NCBI GenBank assembly: GCA_002269645.1 | Contig: NIVC01000278.1 | Coordinates: 372,001-436,000, forward strand | From: Macrostomum lignano | Lineage: Eukaryota | Length of the DNA stretch: 64,000 nt | Direction of reading: 5' to 3' | Part shown: positions 50,112 to 62,199 of the stretch, one piece after another | How the letters are laid out: every line of letters starts with the position of its first letter | How positions within the stretch are numbered: position 1 is the stretch's first letter | Notes under the pieces: model-generated | Told to the model about the DNA's origin: nothing | The model's input: the letters and a program-made list of their open reading frames with translations, nothing else | The model's database searches: none | Position numbers and translations under genes: made by a program

Positions 50112-53100
50112 ATGGGTCGCCGTGGAGCAAGTCATTTAAAGAAAAGCCGTGAGGCAAAAAAAAGGCGACGTGAAGAATCTAGCGCTGAACGCGAGGCCCG
50201 TTTGGAAACACGAAGGCAGCGGGACGCCGAGCGCCGAGCCCGTGAAACTGACGCCGAGAGAGCTGCTCGACTCGAGGAGCTGCGACAGCGGGACGCAGAG
50301 CGCCGGGCTTGCGAGACTGACGCCGAGAGAGCTGCTCGACTCGAGGAGCTGCGGCAGCGGGACGCAGAGCGCCGGGCCTGCGAGACTGACGCAGAGAAAG
50401 CTGCTCGACTCGAGGAGCTGCGACAGCGGGACGCAGAGCGCCGGGCTTGCGAGACTGACGCCGAGAGAGCTGCTCGACTCGAGGAGCTGCGGCAGCGGGA
50501 CGCAGAGCGCCGGTCTTGCGAGACTGACGCCGAGAGAGCTGCTCGACTCGAGGAGCTGCGACAGCGGGACGCAGAGCGCCGAGCTTGCGAGACTGACGCC
50601 GAGAGAGCTGCTTGGATCGAGGAGCTGCGGCAGAGGATTGCTGCCAACCGAGCCTGCGAGACTGACGCCGAGAGAGCTGCCCGCCTGGAAGACATTCGGC
50701 AGCGAGAAGCTGACCGCCGTGCTTCCGAAACAGGATCTGAGCGTTTGGATCGTCTCGAGGCTGAGCTATTACGTCGCCGGAGCATTTGGGCTTCGAGGTA
50801 AGTCTACTGATGTATGCCGGTTACTCTTCTGGTTTTGTTGATTTAAACTGCACCGTTTTTCTCTGGTCTCTTTTTCCTTATTGTATAGTTTATGATTGAG
50901 TATTTCTGCATTACCTTGAATTTTTGCATTTTGCATTTAGTTTTAGCAAATTTCATTAAGAATACTTAAGTAATAAGTAATACCTGTAAAATATAATTTA
51001 CCTTTATCAGTTCAGCACCTGTACATATCTTTAGTCACTATTTGTGATCTGACTGACCATTTTCCCTCTTAATTTTAGACAGGAAAATAGTGAACCAGCA
51101 GCAGCGGCTCAGGTACCTTTTAATCAATTGAGAATAGTTCCCATAGCCGGTGATGGAAATTGTTTTTTTCACGCTGTTTCTGATCAGTTGCGAGGCACCG
51201 CACTTGAAACCGATGCTGCTTCATTGAGGCACAATTTGTCAAGCCGCGCGGCAGAGCTGTGCCACAGTTGATTGCCGAAGGCTTTGTTTTCCCAGAGAAT
51301 GCGGATGCCATAATCGAAGCTTCATTTACAGAGGGAACTTATGTGCCCGATGAAATCGTGCCCCTGTTAAGCCGCTGTTTTCAGGTAGACCTGGTTATTT
51401 ACCAGCGCAATGGAAGTGTGCTGCAGCACTTTATGTCCTTCGCGCAGCCTCCTCTGGCTGTTGTGCGCCTGGTTCTGAGCAATGAACACTATGAATCTCT
51501 GAGACTTCGAGATCCTTTGCAGGGAATAGAGCCTATGGAGGACCGGGAGTTTCCCGCTCCTGCTGCAAGCAGAGCACCTGCTGCAAGGACCAGAGTCAAC
51601 TGGCGCAAGAGACCTGCTGGCTCAGCTGCTGCTACTTCTGCTCCTGGCGCTCGTGCGGAGACTCAAGCTGGAAACAAAGCGGAAGCTCAGCAGAGGTAAT
51701 GTCTGAAAGGCGGCGATCATGCTAAACAAGTTTTTACTCTTTATAAATTAATAATCCCAATAAAGGACAGGGATCAGGCAAGTGAGCCACAAACGATACT
51801 TAAGCAGGCATGCTTATTGAGGCTTTTATAACAGTTTTTACATAGAAAATAATTGTTCCGTTCATTCTCAAATGAACGAATGCTTAAACCTCCCTGCGGC
51901 TAACTTGATTTTTTCGTCCGCAATTTTTTCTATGCGTAGTCTTAAAATTTTTAACTTTAATTTACTCTAAAGAGACGCTTTCAGTGGGTGGGAAAAACTT
52001 TTTAATTTAATTAACCGACGCTTTGCCGAAAATTTATTGCAGGAACTCCGACCAGCCAAGACCAGAAGTGCCGACCCATCAGTGTGGCCGCATGAATTCT
52101 GTGTGCAAGTTGTGCGGCGCATTGCGCTGGAACAAGGAAGCCGAGTTTTGCTGCGCCAAGGGCAAAGTGAAGCTGCCTGTCAGGACTGTTCCGCCAGTGT
52201 TGGCTGACCTGTACACCGGAAGGCATGAGAAGAGCAAGGAGTTCCTGGCCAACATCAGGAGCTATAACTCGGTTCTGCACCTGACGTCATTCGGTGCTGA
52301 TCTGCGACCCACGCCTGGTGGGTGGAACCCGAGCTTTGTGATCAGCGGAAAGTTGTACCACAACACTGCGCCGCTGCTAGCTGATGCTCCGAATGCGCCT
52401 AGGGGCTGGCAGGTGTACTTTATGGACCGCGAGCTCGAAAGCCGCCTTAGCCTCAGCCAAAGAGTGAAGCCTGAGCTGCTGCAGTTGCTGCAAGGATTGC
52501 TTCACGAGTGCAATTCCTATGTGCGGAGTCTGCGGGCTGCAGCGCAGCGAATCAGCGAAGATCCTCAGCTGTGCGATGCGTGGATTGTGATTTACCCCGA
52601 TCGACGCCCGGCTGGTGAACACATTCGGTAAGCTGCATTTTTCAAACATGGATATTTTAGTAGAATCTTCTAATATAGTATAATAAATTTGATTGAAACC
52701 CCATCTGTCCACAATAAGGCGGTACAATCTGCCCACGGCAAACGAGGTCGGAATCCTAATTGTCGGGGATGCTGAGGAAGCACCGAACAGTCGTGAAATC
52801 GTCATCCAACTGCGAGGAGGTGACACCAAGCGCATTTCTGAGACGCACAGATCCTACGATCCGCTAGAGTACGTCCTTCTGTTTCCGAACGGAGAGAGCG
52901 GCTGGCATCCCGAGCTTCGCATGACCAATGGCCGCAAACTGACTCCCATGAAGTATTACGCCAGCGAGATCATGGTGCGAGCCGACCAGTTCAACGTGCT
53001 GCACCACGGCCGGCGGCTGTTTCAGCAGTACCTGGTGGATCAGGCGGCCAAGATCGAGTCGGAGAGGCTTCTCTATTTGCGTACTCATCAGGACGACCTT

Positions 53101-56100
53101 CGCAGCGAGACCTACAGTGGGTTGCGTGATGCCCTGTTTGCAGCTGATGGACTGCACACTGGCAAGGAGCCGAAGGAAATTGGAAAGCAGGCGCCCGTGT
53201 TTCTCTCCTCAAGCTTCGTGGGCGGACCGCGATATCTAATGGAGCGGCTCCAGGACGCCATGACTTACGTTCAGAAATTCGGCAAGCCGGATCTGTTCGT
53301 GACGGCGACTTGCAATCCGAAGTGGCCAGAGATCACCGCTGAACTGTTGCCAGGACAGCGGCCAGAGGATCGTCCTGACATCGTTACTCGTGTCTTCGAG
53401 CTTAAGAAGAAGGCCCTCGTGTCGGAGCTCAGACATCGCTTTGGAGTGGAAGCCGCGCACGTTTGTTCTCTGGAATACCAGAAGCGCGGTGAGTTCAGTT
53501 GATCAGAAATAACTTATTCATTACACTTTGCTTTCTGCTGAGTTCAAGCCTCACTGATGTTTTTACCTTGCTCTAGCATGCTCCCTTCCAGTAAATATTT
53601 TTTCTGATTTGACTTTCATTTTACTGAAGGACTTCCACATGTGCACTTTCTACTGTGGCTGGCCAGCGGACACCGAGTAACTCCAGATCGGTACGACGCG
53701 CTTGTGTCTGCGGAGATCCCAGACCCACAGCTTGAGCCCGTGCTGCATGAGCTGGTCAAGACGCACCTCATCCACGGACCATGTGGGGCGGATAACCCAG
53801 CCTGTCCCTGCATGGAGAAGGGGAAGTGTACCAAAGGCTTCCCGAAGGACTTCCAGTCGGTGACGATGTCTAGCGAAACCGGTTACCCGTTTTATCGGAG
53901 ACTGTCACCAGAAATGGGCGGCTTCACCGTCGACAAATTATGCAAGGGCCGAACCATTCGTATGGACAACAGGTGAGTGAAAAAGAGGATTTCCACATGA
54001 GTGAGCTGCCCGGCCGTCTTAGCACTATTTTAACAGCTAAGTTCTTACTATTCTGGTTCAGAAAATTCTAACATTGCTTCTTTCTTCTCAGCTGAAAAAT
54101 TTACTATCTTGAATTTAAAGCATTCATTTAAAATTATTAACAAGCAACGAACCCGGAATTCCCTTCAAAACGCAAGGTGGGTCGTGCCATATAATCGAGA
54201 GCTGTTGCTCATGTTCAACTGCCACCTGAACGTTGAAGTTTGCGCGACGGTTCGAGCCGTGAAGTACATCATTAAATATTTACTCAAGAATGGCGACATG
54301 GCAACCTTCAAAGTTGACGCTGCTAAGAATTCAGCGAAACCCCAGGCGCCTGCAGCTGCAGCTGAAAGTCAGCCGATAGCTTCTAACAAGCAGCAGCGCA
54401 CTGCCAATGAGAAGGCTGCCAAAGAGCCACGAGACGAAATTGATGAGTACCTGTCTGGTCGCTACATCGGGCCCATGAAGGCTGTGAATACCATTTTGGG
54501 CTTTGAAGTAATTATCTTTTTGACTGTGGCTTACAAACTTTCATCATAGTTATGCAGTGACAAAACTTAAGCTGTGTTTCTCGAGTGTTAACTTATTTAC
54601 TTCCCAAAGCTCTTTTGCCATTTCCCACCATCTCCCAGGTGCACAACCGCTTCCCACCGGTCATTCGCCTCGGCGTACACAAGCCGGGAGAGCAGCTTGT
54701 CTACTTCAACGAGCAGACCGCGGCGGCCAAAGCAAGAGCGCCTCGAGATTCGACTCTGACAGCATTCTTCAAGTTGTGCCTCAGTGACGCTTTTGCTCGG
54801 CGTCTGCTCTACACGGAGGTGCCGTCCTATTTCGTCTGGCACCAAACTGAGCGCGCGTGGCGCCGAGGCAAGATGGGCGACGAAGTCGAAGGTCACCCTG
54901 GTGTGAAGCGCAGCAAGAACATCTCTCGGATGTACACGGTGAGCCCGAGGGCAGGGGACTTGTTTTACATGCGCCTGCTTCTCCTGCATGTCCGAGGGCC
55001 CACCAGCTTCGAGTCGCTGCACACGGTGGATGGAGTGCTGCACACGGATGCCAAATCTGCCTGCATGGCACTCGGTCTGCTGCATCGTGACGACCATTGG
55101 CAACGATGTCTGGCTGAGGCTGTCCAATCTCGCATGCCAAGAGCCCTCAGGCACCTACTCGCTGTCATTCTGATCTGGGGAGAGCCGGATAGCGGACTGG
55201 ACCTGTGGAACGCATTCGCAGAGGACCTTGGCGAAGATCTACGCTACCACAACCGTGATCTAAGTACAGAAGAGGTCACCGACATGACGTTGCGCGAGCT
55301 GCAAAGCCTGCTGACCTCTATGGGCGGTCGCAGCTTGCGAGAGTACGGGCTGCCGGCCGCCTCTGCCATGCCTCAAGTAGGCCCGATGCAATTCGACACG
55401 GACGAGCAGGCTGAGATAGCGAGGACGCGCCTGCCAACGCTGACCGACGAACAGAGGGCCGTGTACGAGGCAGTGACTGCCGATCTGATTGCCGGCTCTG
55501 GCGGACTGCATTTTCTGGACGCTCCAGCTGGCTCAGGGAAGACCTATTTGCTAGAGGTTTTGCTGGCGTTTGTAAGAAGCCGCGGAGAAGTCGCCCTGGC
55601 CGTAGCGTCATCTGGCATTGCAGCCACTTTGCTACCAGGTGGACAGACGGCGCATTCCACGTGAGTTTTAAACTTCATGGTTTTTAATTTTGCTACATTT
55701 AACTTTCTGCATGTATTGGTGCATAGTACATGCAATCTATCTATATAACGGCATGATTCGAGGTTTTGATTTTTCTTTAAAATTAAATCAAAGAAAGAAA
55801 TATAAAAGTTGATTGTAATTTTTTTCAGCTTCACAATCTGCCGAAACAATCTCAGAAAATCGATTGCTTACATTCAAGAAAAAATTCTGATGGCCTGTGC
55901 ACAATTTCATTCTCTCCAGTTTCAAGATCCCAGTTCGACTCGTTCGCTCGGAGAAGGACGTCTGCTCGATTAGCTCGCAGTCAAAGCAAGCAGCGGTGTT
56001 GCGGACAGTTCGGCTCATCGTCTGGGATGAGATTTCAATGGCCAACCGGAAGGACCTGGAGACTGTCGAACGAAGTCTGCGAGACGTACGAAGGCAAGAT

Positions 56101-57281
56101 CGCCCTTTCGGTGGAGCTGTGATTGTGTGCTCCGGAGACTTTCGACAACTGCTGCCTGTCGAGAAAAGCGGAACGCGAGCCAACAACGTGTTTGCGTGCG
56201 TCAGCCGATCCAAGTTTTGGCCATTGTTTCAGCGGCATCGCCTGAGGACCAACATACGGCTGCTGAGGAGTTCCGATGCGGCACTGTATGAGCGCTACTC
56301 GAGACTTCTGATTCAGGTGGGATGTACTCTGTACTATTTATACCGTACTTTTGATTGCTGTAGGTTGTTTATTTTCTACCTGGCTTTTCTAATAATAGAT
56401 TACGTAACCAGTGATTTTTGATATCTAAAACCAACTGTTATTTATGGTTATACTTATCAAGTCTTAATGTTGGAAACGTAATTTTGCTTTCTCTTTTATC
56501 CGTTTTTCGTTCACAGATCGGTTCTGGTTTGGTCCCAGAAGATTCGGGCGGAAACATTTCGCTGCCTTCCGAGATCTTCTTGCCAGCAGAGGCCAGCCTG
56601 ACGGACCTTATCAAATTCGTTTATCTGTCATTTGAGGCCTCGGCGGAGAGAGACGTCTACTTTGCGAATAGAGCCATCCTGGCACCCTACAATGACTCCG
56701 TCAATGCCATCAATGAGCAGTGTCTGGCCTTGTTCCCTGGGACACAGCGCGAATACCGATCAGTGGACAGCGTTGCAGACGAGGATTCGGCAACTCACTT
56801 CCCGCCAGAGTTGCTGAACCAGCTCGATGCGCCAAATTTTCCAACGCACCTGCTGAGACTCAAAGTCGGCATGCCAGTTGTGCTCCTGCGCAACCTCAAC
56901 CCACCGCGGCTTTGCAACGGCACCCGACTCATTATCTTAGCGCTGGGCGAGAACGTGCTGCGCTGCAAAGTGGCTGCCGGCCAGTTCACCGGCGATGAGA
57001 TCCTGCTGCCGCGGATCCCTCTGGTGCCGAACAACGCGGACCTGCCCGTCGCATTCAAACGTCTGCAGTTTCCGGTGAAGCCAAGCTTTTGCCTGACTAT
57101 CCACAAGTCCCAGGGGCAGAGCTTGGAGACTGTCGGCATCGATCTGACTGTGGGATGCTTTGCTCACGGACAGCTCTACACTGCTCTGTCTCGAGCCAAG
57201 AATGCAGCGAATGTCCGAGTCAGGATGCCGGGAACCACGACAAAAAATGTCGTTTATCCAGAGATTCTCACACGAGATTAA
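50112..57281 (+). CDS. Helitron transposase: STPR-type repeats + OTU-type protease + Cys-rich motif + HUH/Y2 Rep + PIF1 helicase; 9 exons, ~1838 aa if one frameshift is repaired
   Basis: Exons 50112-50797, 51079-51695, 52043-52627, 52719-53488, 53630-53972, 54177-54507, 54639-55660, 55920-56316 and 56517-57281. All are GT-AG with matching phases; the sum is 5516 nt, one nt short of a multiple of 3, matching the shift at ~51258. Junctions rebuild canonical motifs: HIR|RYNLPTANEV, PDLFVTATCNPKWPEI, EYQKRG|LPHVHFLLW (HUH), DNR|WVVPYN, KYIIKYLLK (Y2), GFE|VHNRFPPV, DAPAGSGKT (Walker A), TAHST|FKIP, LIVWDEISM, GDFRQLLPV, LCNGTRL, TIHKSQGQSL, HGQLYTALSR. Confidence 0.93.
50175..50797 (+). repeat. 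69-bp coding repeat = 23-aa STPR-type units (ETDAERAARLEELRQRDAERRAC), 8 full plus 1 partial
   Basis: Exact 23-aa period in the ORF; ET-x-x-ERAARL matches the STPR repeat pattern of silkworm FMBP-1. Confidence 0.8.
51128..51505 (+). CDS. OTU-like cysteine protease domain within Helitron exon 2 (frameshifted at ~51258)
   Basis: Not shown in the ORF track. The frame at 51128 reads LRIVPIAGDGNCFFHAVSDQLRG (OTU D-G-N-C box). After a 1-nt shift it continues ...LVLSNEHYESL (His box). Confidence 0.8.
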
Positions 57282-58044
57282 ACCTGATTATACATGACTT
57301 ATGAGTATGTCCGTTTAGTTCTATTAAAGTCTTATAGTGAAATGAAAAACTCAAAGTTTAGACAATAATTTAAGCATAGAGGATTTACACGCCTAAAGCA
57401 AAAGCATGTAGCCATCACGTGCTAACACAAAGCTGACAGAAGGCCAGAAAAATTCAATGAACTGGTGTTGAACAACGGTTTCTGTTCTGTCGATTTTACA
57501 ATCCTAAATTTTTTACAACCTCAAAATCAGTTTTTCATTTCACTATTACGATATGTATCATGATTTACTTACAGCCTGTGATATGTATGCTACTATTATA
57601 CTCTTACCGTAAATCTGTATAGTATGCAGGGAATTTGTAAGCTATTCCATATTCATAAAGTATAAACTTATTTTTAAATAGCTTATATTTAAGGCAATAC
57701 CTTTATCAAATCCCCAACATGCTTAATACCAGTACAGCTGCAGTTATTGAGCTGTTATTAATTTCAATTAGTTTCAATAATGCTGGTGACCACCATCACA
57801 GCTTTTCACCCACCATCACAGTAAATGTGCGCCAGCAATATATGAAGAAAAATCCTACTATAATGCTATATTCCGCGAAAAGATCAGGCAATTCTTTCAT
57901 CACAATATCTCTAAGATCTTCAATATATGATTCTGTAGAATAGAATACTAACTAGCTTATTCATACTTATTTTTACTCTGGAAACCGTATTTTACCTGCT
58001 ACTATGAGTACTTTATACGCATTTAGTTGATGTATTGATGTACA

Positions 58045-58170
58045 AGTATTCTACGAGACTCCAGCTCGTGGCGGGACTTTCCACTATGGCTAAATTTATA
58101 ATATAGTAAAGTGCACGTTACATTCGCACTGAAGCCATGAAAAGAGTTAAACTGAAGTGGAAAGTCCTGA
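58045..58170 (-). mobile_element. Helentron/HINE-like mini-element, copy A
   Basis: 12-bp inverted pair GGACTTTCCACT (58074-58085) / AGTGGAAAGTCC (58156-58167), with an adjacent stem-loop CTACGAG-actccag-CTCGTGG. A homologous copy lies at 60755-60865. Confidence 0.5.
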
Positions 58171-58377
58171 ATGATGTCTTGCGTCTTTCTCATTTCAATA
58201 GCACCACTTATTTTACGAGTACAATATCGATTTAATTTTCCTTTCTTAATTATCATGACTAAGTGGAAAGTCTTAGAGCTCAGTAGGAGAGTCTTTAAAT
58301 AAGTAGGAAATTATTGACTCACTGAGTTTACTGAATTAAGATACTGACTGATCTATTGCTTAACAGACTGAGTTGCG

Positions 58378-59100
58378 CTAATGTGGGAATGCTGCAGATG
58401 GGAAAACGCTGCTGCTAAGGGAATGCTGCTGATGGGCGAATGCTGCTGATGGGGGTATGCTGCTGATGGGGGAATGCTGCAGGATTGGGGAAAGCTGCAT
58501 GATGGGGGAATGCTGTTGATGAGGGAACGCTGCTGCTAGGGGAATGCTGCTGATGGGGGAATGCTGCAGGATGGGGGAATGCTGCATGATGGGGGAATGC
58601 TGTTGATGGAGGAATGCTGCTGATGGGGGAATGCTGTTGATGGGGGAATGCTGCTGATGGAGGAATGCTGCATGATGGGGGAATGCTGTTGATGAGGGAA
58701 CGCTGCTGCAAGGGGAATGCTGCTGATGGGGGGAATGCTGCTGATGGGGGAATGCTGCTGATGAGGGAATGCTGCTGATGGGGGAATGCTGCAGGATGGG
58801 GGAATGCTGCATGATGGGGGAATGCTGCTGATGGGGGAATGCTGCAGGATGGGGGAATGCTGCATGATGGGGGAATGCTGCTGATGGGGGAATGCTGCTG
58901 ATGGGGGAATGCTGCAGGATGGGGGAATGCTGCATGATGGGGGAATGCTGTTGATGAGGGAACGCTGCTGCTAGGGGAATGCTGCTGATGGGGGAATGCT
59001 GTTGATGAGGGAACGCTGCTGCTAGGGGAATGCTGCATGATGGGGGAATGCTGCTGATGGGGAAATTCTGTTGATTGTGAAATCTTCTAATGGAGGAATG
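58378..59100. repeat. ~19-bp minisatellite (GGGGGAATGCTGCTGATG)
   Basis: Direct reading; the unit resembles array A (GGGAATTGCTGAGATG) of the upstream Helitron derivative. Confidence 0.95.
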
Positions 59101-59820
59101 TTGCTAATCGAGTTGGCAGGCAGATGGTAGAGAATTCGCAAAACAGATTGGAGTGACATTTATAAGCACTAAAAAGCTGAGCAACAGGATTACTTTTAGA
59201 AATAAGAAGCACACTGAACCTGCTATTTTTTTGAGTATGATTATTTTCACTGTCTGTTCGGGAAAAAGATTTTTCCTTTGAGAGAAGAAGTTCGATTTCT
59301 CACTTTTCAATTCACTACTTATTAGACAAAATTTTTACTGAATAATACTCGTATTGACAGAAGTCAAATTAAGAATCAGAATAAAATTAAACTTAGATGG
59401 GTTGTATAGTCGGGCGTATGTATGTGACTCACGCCACACTATTAGTGCACGCGCCCTCGCAAGATCGATTGTGATTGGCTGGACGATTGTTTGATTTCTG
59501 CCTTACCCCAAACCAGTCTGAGCTATGCTGGTGGTCGCTGATCGTGGCAAAGCGATCTTAATGTTGGTTTGGTAATGCCTAACTTTGAGAATTTTACAAT
59601 TGCGTCACAGTTTCATACCTAATAGGGCTGGAATATTGATTACCAGACTTCTCACCCCTGTAAGTCCCTTGCGTTGCACTTTTTCAATCTCGCCATAAAT
59701 AAAAGCTAATATAAATATGGAGTGCCAAGTGCGAGACAAAAGTAAAACAATTTTATTGAATAGAAGTTATCTACTGTACCTCTACTACTTTTCTATTAAC
59801 TTGAAGTTAAATATTTGAGA

Positions 59821-60366
59821 ATGTCACAACCGCCAAAGAAGCCCGATAGCTACATCGACATGTGGACTCGCGAAGCAAGAGCTATTGAGCAGCATATGAA
59901 TGGCTTTCTCACCCGAATGAAGTCACGAGTACTGGAACCGCTTGAACGAGTCTGACAGCAGGAAGCGGACCAGAAGCAGGCGCTGACTAGCCTTATTGCA
60001 GAGCAGCGCATTGAAATAGCCAAGCTGAGAGCTGACAACCAGCGACTTCAAGAGCAACTTCGGCGAGTCACAGCTGATCGGGACTGACTGGAAGAGCAAC
60101 TCGGTGTGCAGATTGCTGAGCTGGACGAAGGAGCTAACGCACCTGGCCAGATGAAGCGACTGCATCCATCCGCGGCAAACTCTGCTGGTCCCAGTAAAGG
60201 TCGAGAACCAACTGCGGAGGACAGCGAAGACGCCGCTGATGACCATGGGACAGATCAAGAGATCGCCGATGATGCTGATGCTCCTAGCCAGAAGAGGCGG
60301 CGACAACAAAGCGCTAGCCCAGCTGGTTCCAGCAGAAGCGAAGACCCCAGTGCAGAGAACAGCTAA
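59821..60366 (+). pseudogene. Disrupted 181-codon ORF: coiled-coil N-half plus acidic/disordered tail with KRRR
   Basis: ATG at 59821 to TAA at 60366 in one frame, with two internal TGA (59953-59955, 60085-60087). GC-rich island in AT-rich flanks; heptad-like IAEQRIEIAKLRADNQRLQEQLRRV. Confidence 0.6.
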
Positions 60367-60754
60367 GACCGGACGGTCACTGCACTCTTATATATGAGTA
60401 GGTACAGACTTACAATACAAAGTATTCATTTCATCAATTATATCAGCTCAGTTTACTGTATGTTTTTCACATGTATGTTACAGTAAGCATACGTAAATAT
60501 ATGCTAATTTTGACCAAGTCTTGATGTGGAATGAAAAGCTCTTATTTAATACCCCTCGTACACTTTTAAAAACGATCCTTTCACGGCTTTTTTAGTTAGA
60601 TTTCTTTTTTTCAAGGAAAATTTTGAGTATTTGAGTCTTTAATGCCATATAGATTAAAGCTATCTAAATGGAGGCGTCAATAAAAAAATAATGCTTTTCA
60701 TTTCACCATGACTTCTACGATACTATTAGTAAGTAGGCTACTTACCGTATATTA

Positions 60755-60865
60755 AGTATTCTGCGAGACCAGCTCGTGGCGGGACTTTCCACTCTGGTTA
60801 TATCTTACAATATAAAATACTTACTGTAAGCCATGAAAAGAGTGAACTTGAAGTGGAAAGTCCTG
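60755..60865 (-). mobile_element. Helentron/HINE-like mini-element, copy B
   Basis: GGACTTTCCACT (60782-60793) / AGTGGAAAGTCC (60852-60863), with stem-loop GCGAG-accag-CTCGT. Confidence 0.5.
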
Positions 60866-62199
60866 AATAATGTCTTTAATCTCTTTTATTTTGAACAACT
60901 TACGGTTGCCATTCTACGGCTAGAATGAACACTAGATTTGTACTTAAGTAGTGCGAGTCGACTGTTTGATCATAAGAGAATAGAAAAAGTAAGAAGCTTC
61001 AGAGCTGCTTCAAGTAGTAAGACAAAGAAGTAAAAGCATTTCGAGTTAGTCTGAGCGCTCTATTTGACGTTTTTGGCAGAAGCCTACGTTTGATACAACT
61101 ACAACTACAACTACAACTACAACATACTAATTAAAAATGGTCTTACAAGCAAGCAAGTATGATAATTTTTGTAGGTAGTTCTTTGAATTGCAGCCTTTTC
61201 GACTAGATAAAATTTATTAACTACTCAATGACTTTGTGGGATACTTCTAATATATCTCTACAATTGAGACCAATTGGGACCGATTAAGAAATGCTCTTTT
61301 TGCGACAAAATAATGCAACGCAGCAAGTACACAAATACACGAGTATCTGGGCAGGCTCTGCTTTTAATTCTAAAATCAAGTCTCATAATTCCTTCCATAA
61401 ATCATTCTCTCAGCATTGCACATTCGGCCTCTAATATCTATCGAAGATACAAAAAACTATGCGCCTGGGATTGAGGGCGAAGAAACCGAGGGTATGCTTA
61501 AACAATGTTGGACAGTAGGAAACAAGATGCAGAAGGATGATTGAATAAATGAGTTATTTCCTAACATTGTTTCGGAGTTAAAGCGCGACTCTTAGACTAA
61601 GTGGGAATGGAATGAAGAATTTGGAAGGATGAATGCTTTTAATTTATTGAATGTAGAATTTAGAAATGTTGTATTGACAATTTTGTACTTGCCGCCAGGA
61701 GGCCAAGCCAGTTAGCACGAGGGGCGCCATGTTACAGGGATGCCGATCAAGGTCAATCCGGGGGTGCCACAACTGCCCAAAAGGGCGCAAAAACCGTTAG
61801 AACAAACGCTAAAACGCAACCGCCAAGGGGCGCCAGTGTCTTAAGGGCGTTTTCGTAGTTTTCGAGGGGGCTGCTGCCCCCCCCCCGTCCCTCAAATAAG
61901 ATAAGCCGGGACGCATGATTAAGCGCGCATTTAGTAACTGCTCTTAGTACAGCAAGCGCACATTTAAAATGCATGAGTCTGGCACAAGCGCACATTCTAG
62001 ACGCATCAATCTGAATGCTGCAACTTGAAGTTAGAATAGTAAGACCGGCGATTTCAGCTCTCCCGTGTCCCAGCTCTCCCAGCAGCCGGACCATCAGCTG
62101 CAGCCAGCGAAAGACCATCAAAACCCGGTCTCAGAATTGCGTAACTTGTAGTTCTATTCTTAGCTACTGAACGTTTTACCGTTTTAAATAAGAGCATTT

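Larger units (their letters stand above)
48612..57281 (+). mobile_element. Autonomous-type Helitron (5' end 48612; extends at least to 57281, 3' end not located)
   Basis: 5' TCCATTATACTAAAAATCAAAACTATGTACC(TATC)n and a complete spliced Rep/helicase gene. Confidence 0.9.

Noticed and set aside
50132-50841. Antisense and alternate-frame ORFs over the STPR exon, and shadow ORFs across 52-57 kb
   Set aside because: They are by-products of GC-rich or repetitive coding sequence on the true frame.
60905-60940. CATTCTA-cggc-TAGAATG hairpin + CTAG as the autonomous Helitron's 3' end
   Set aside because: The stem is AT-rich, unlike the family terminator (CCAAC/GTTGG), and is followed by A rather than T.
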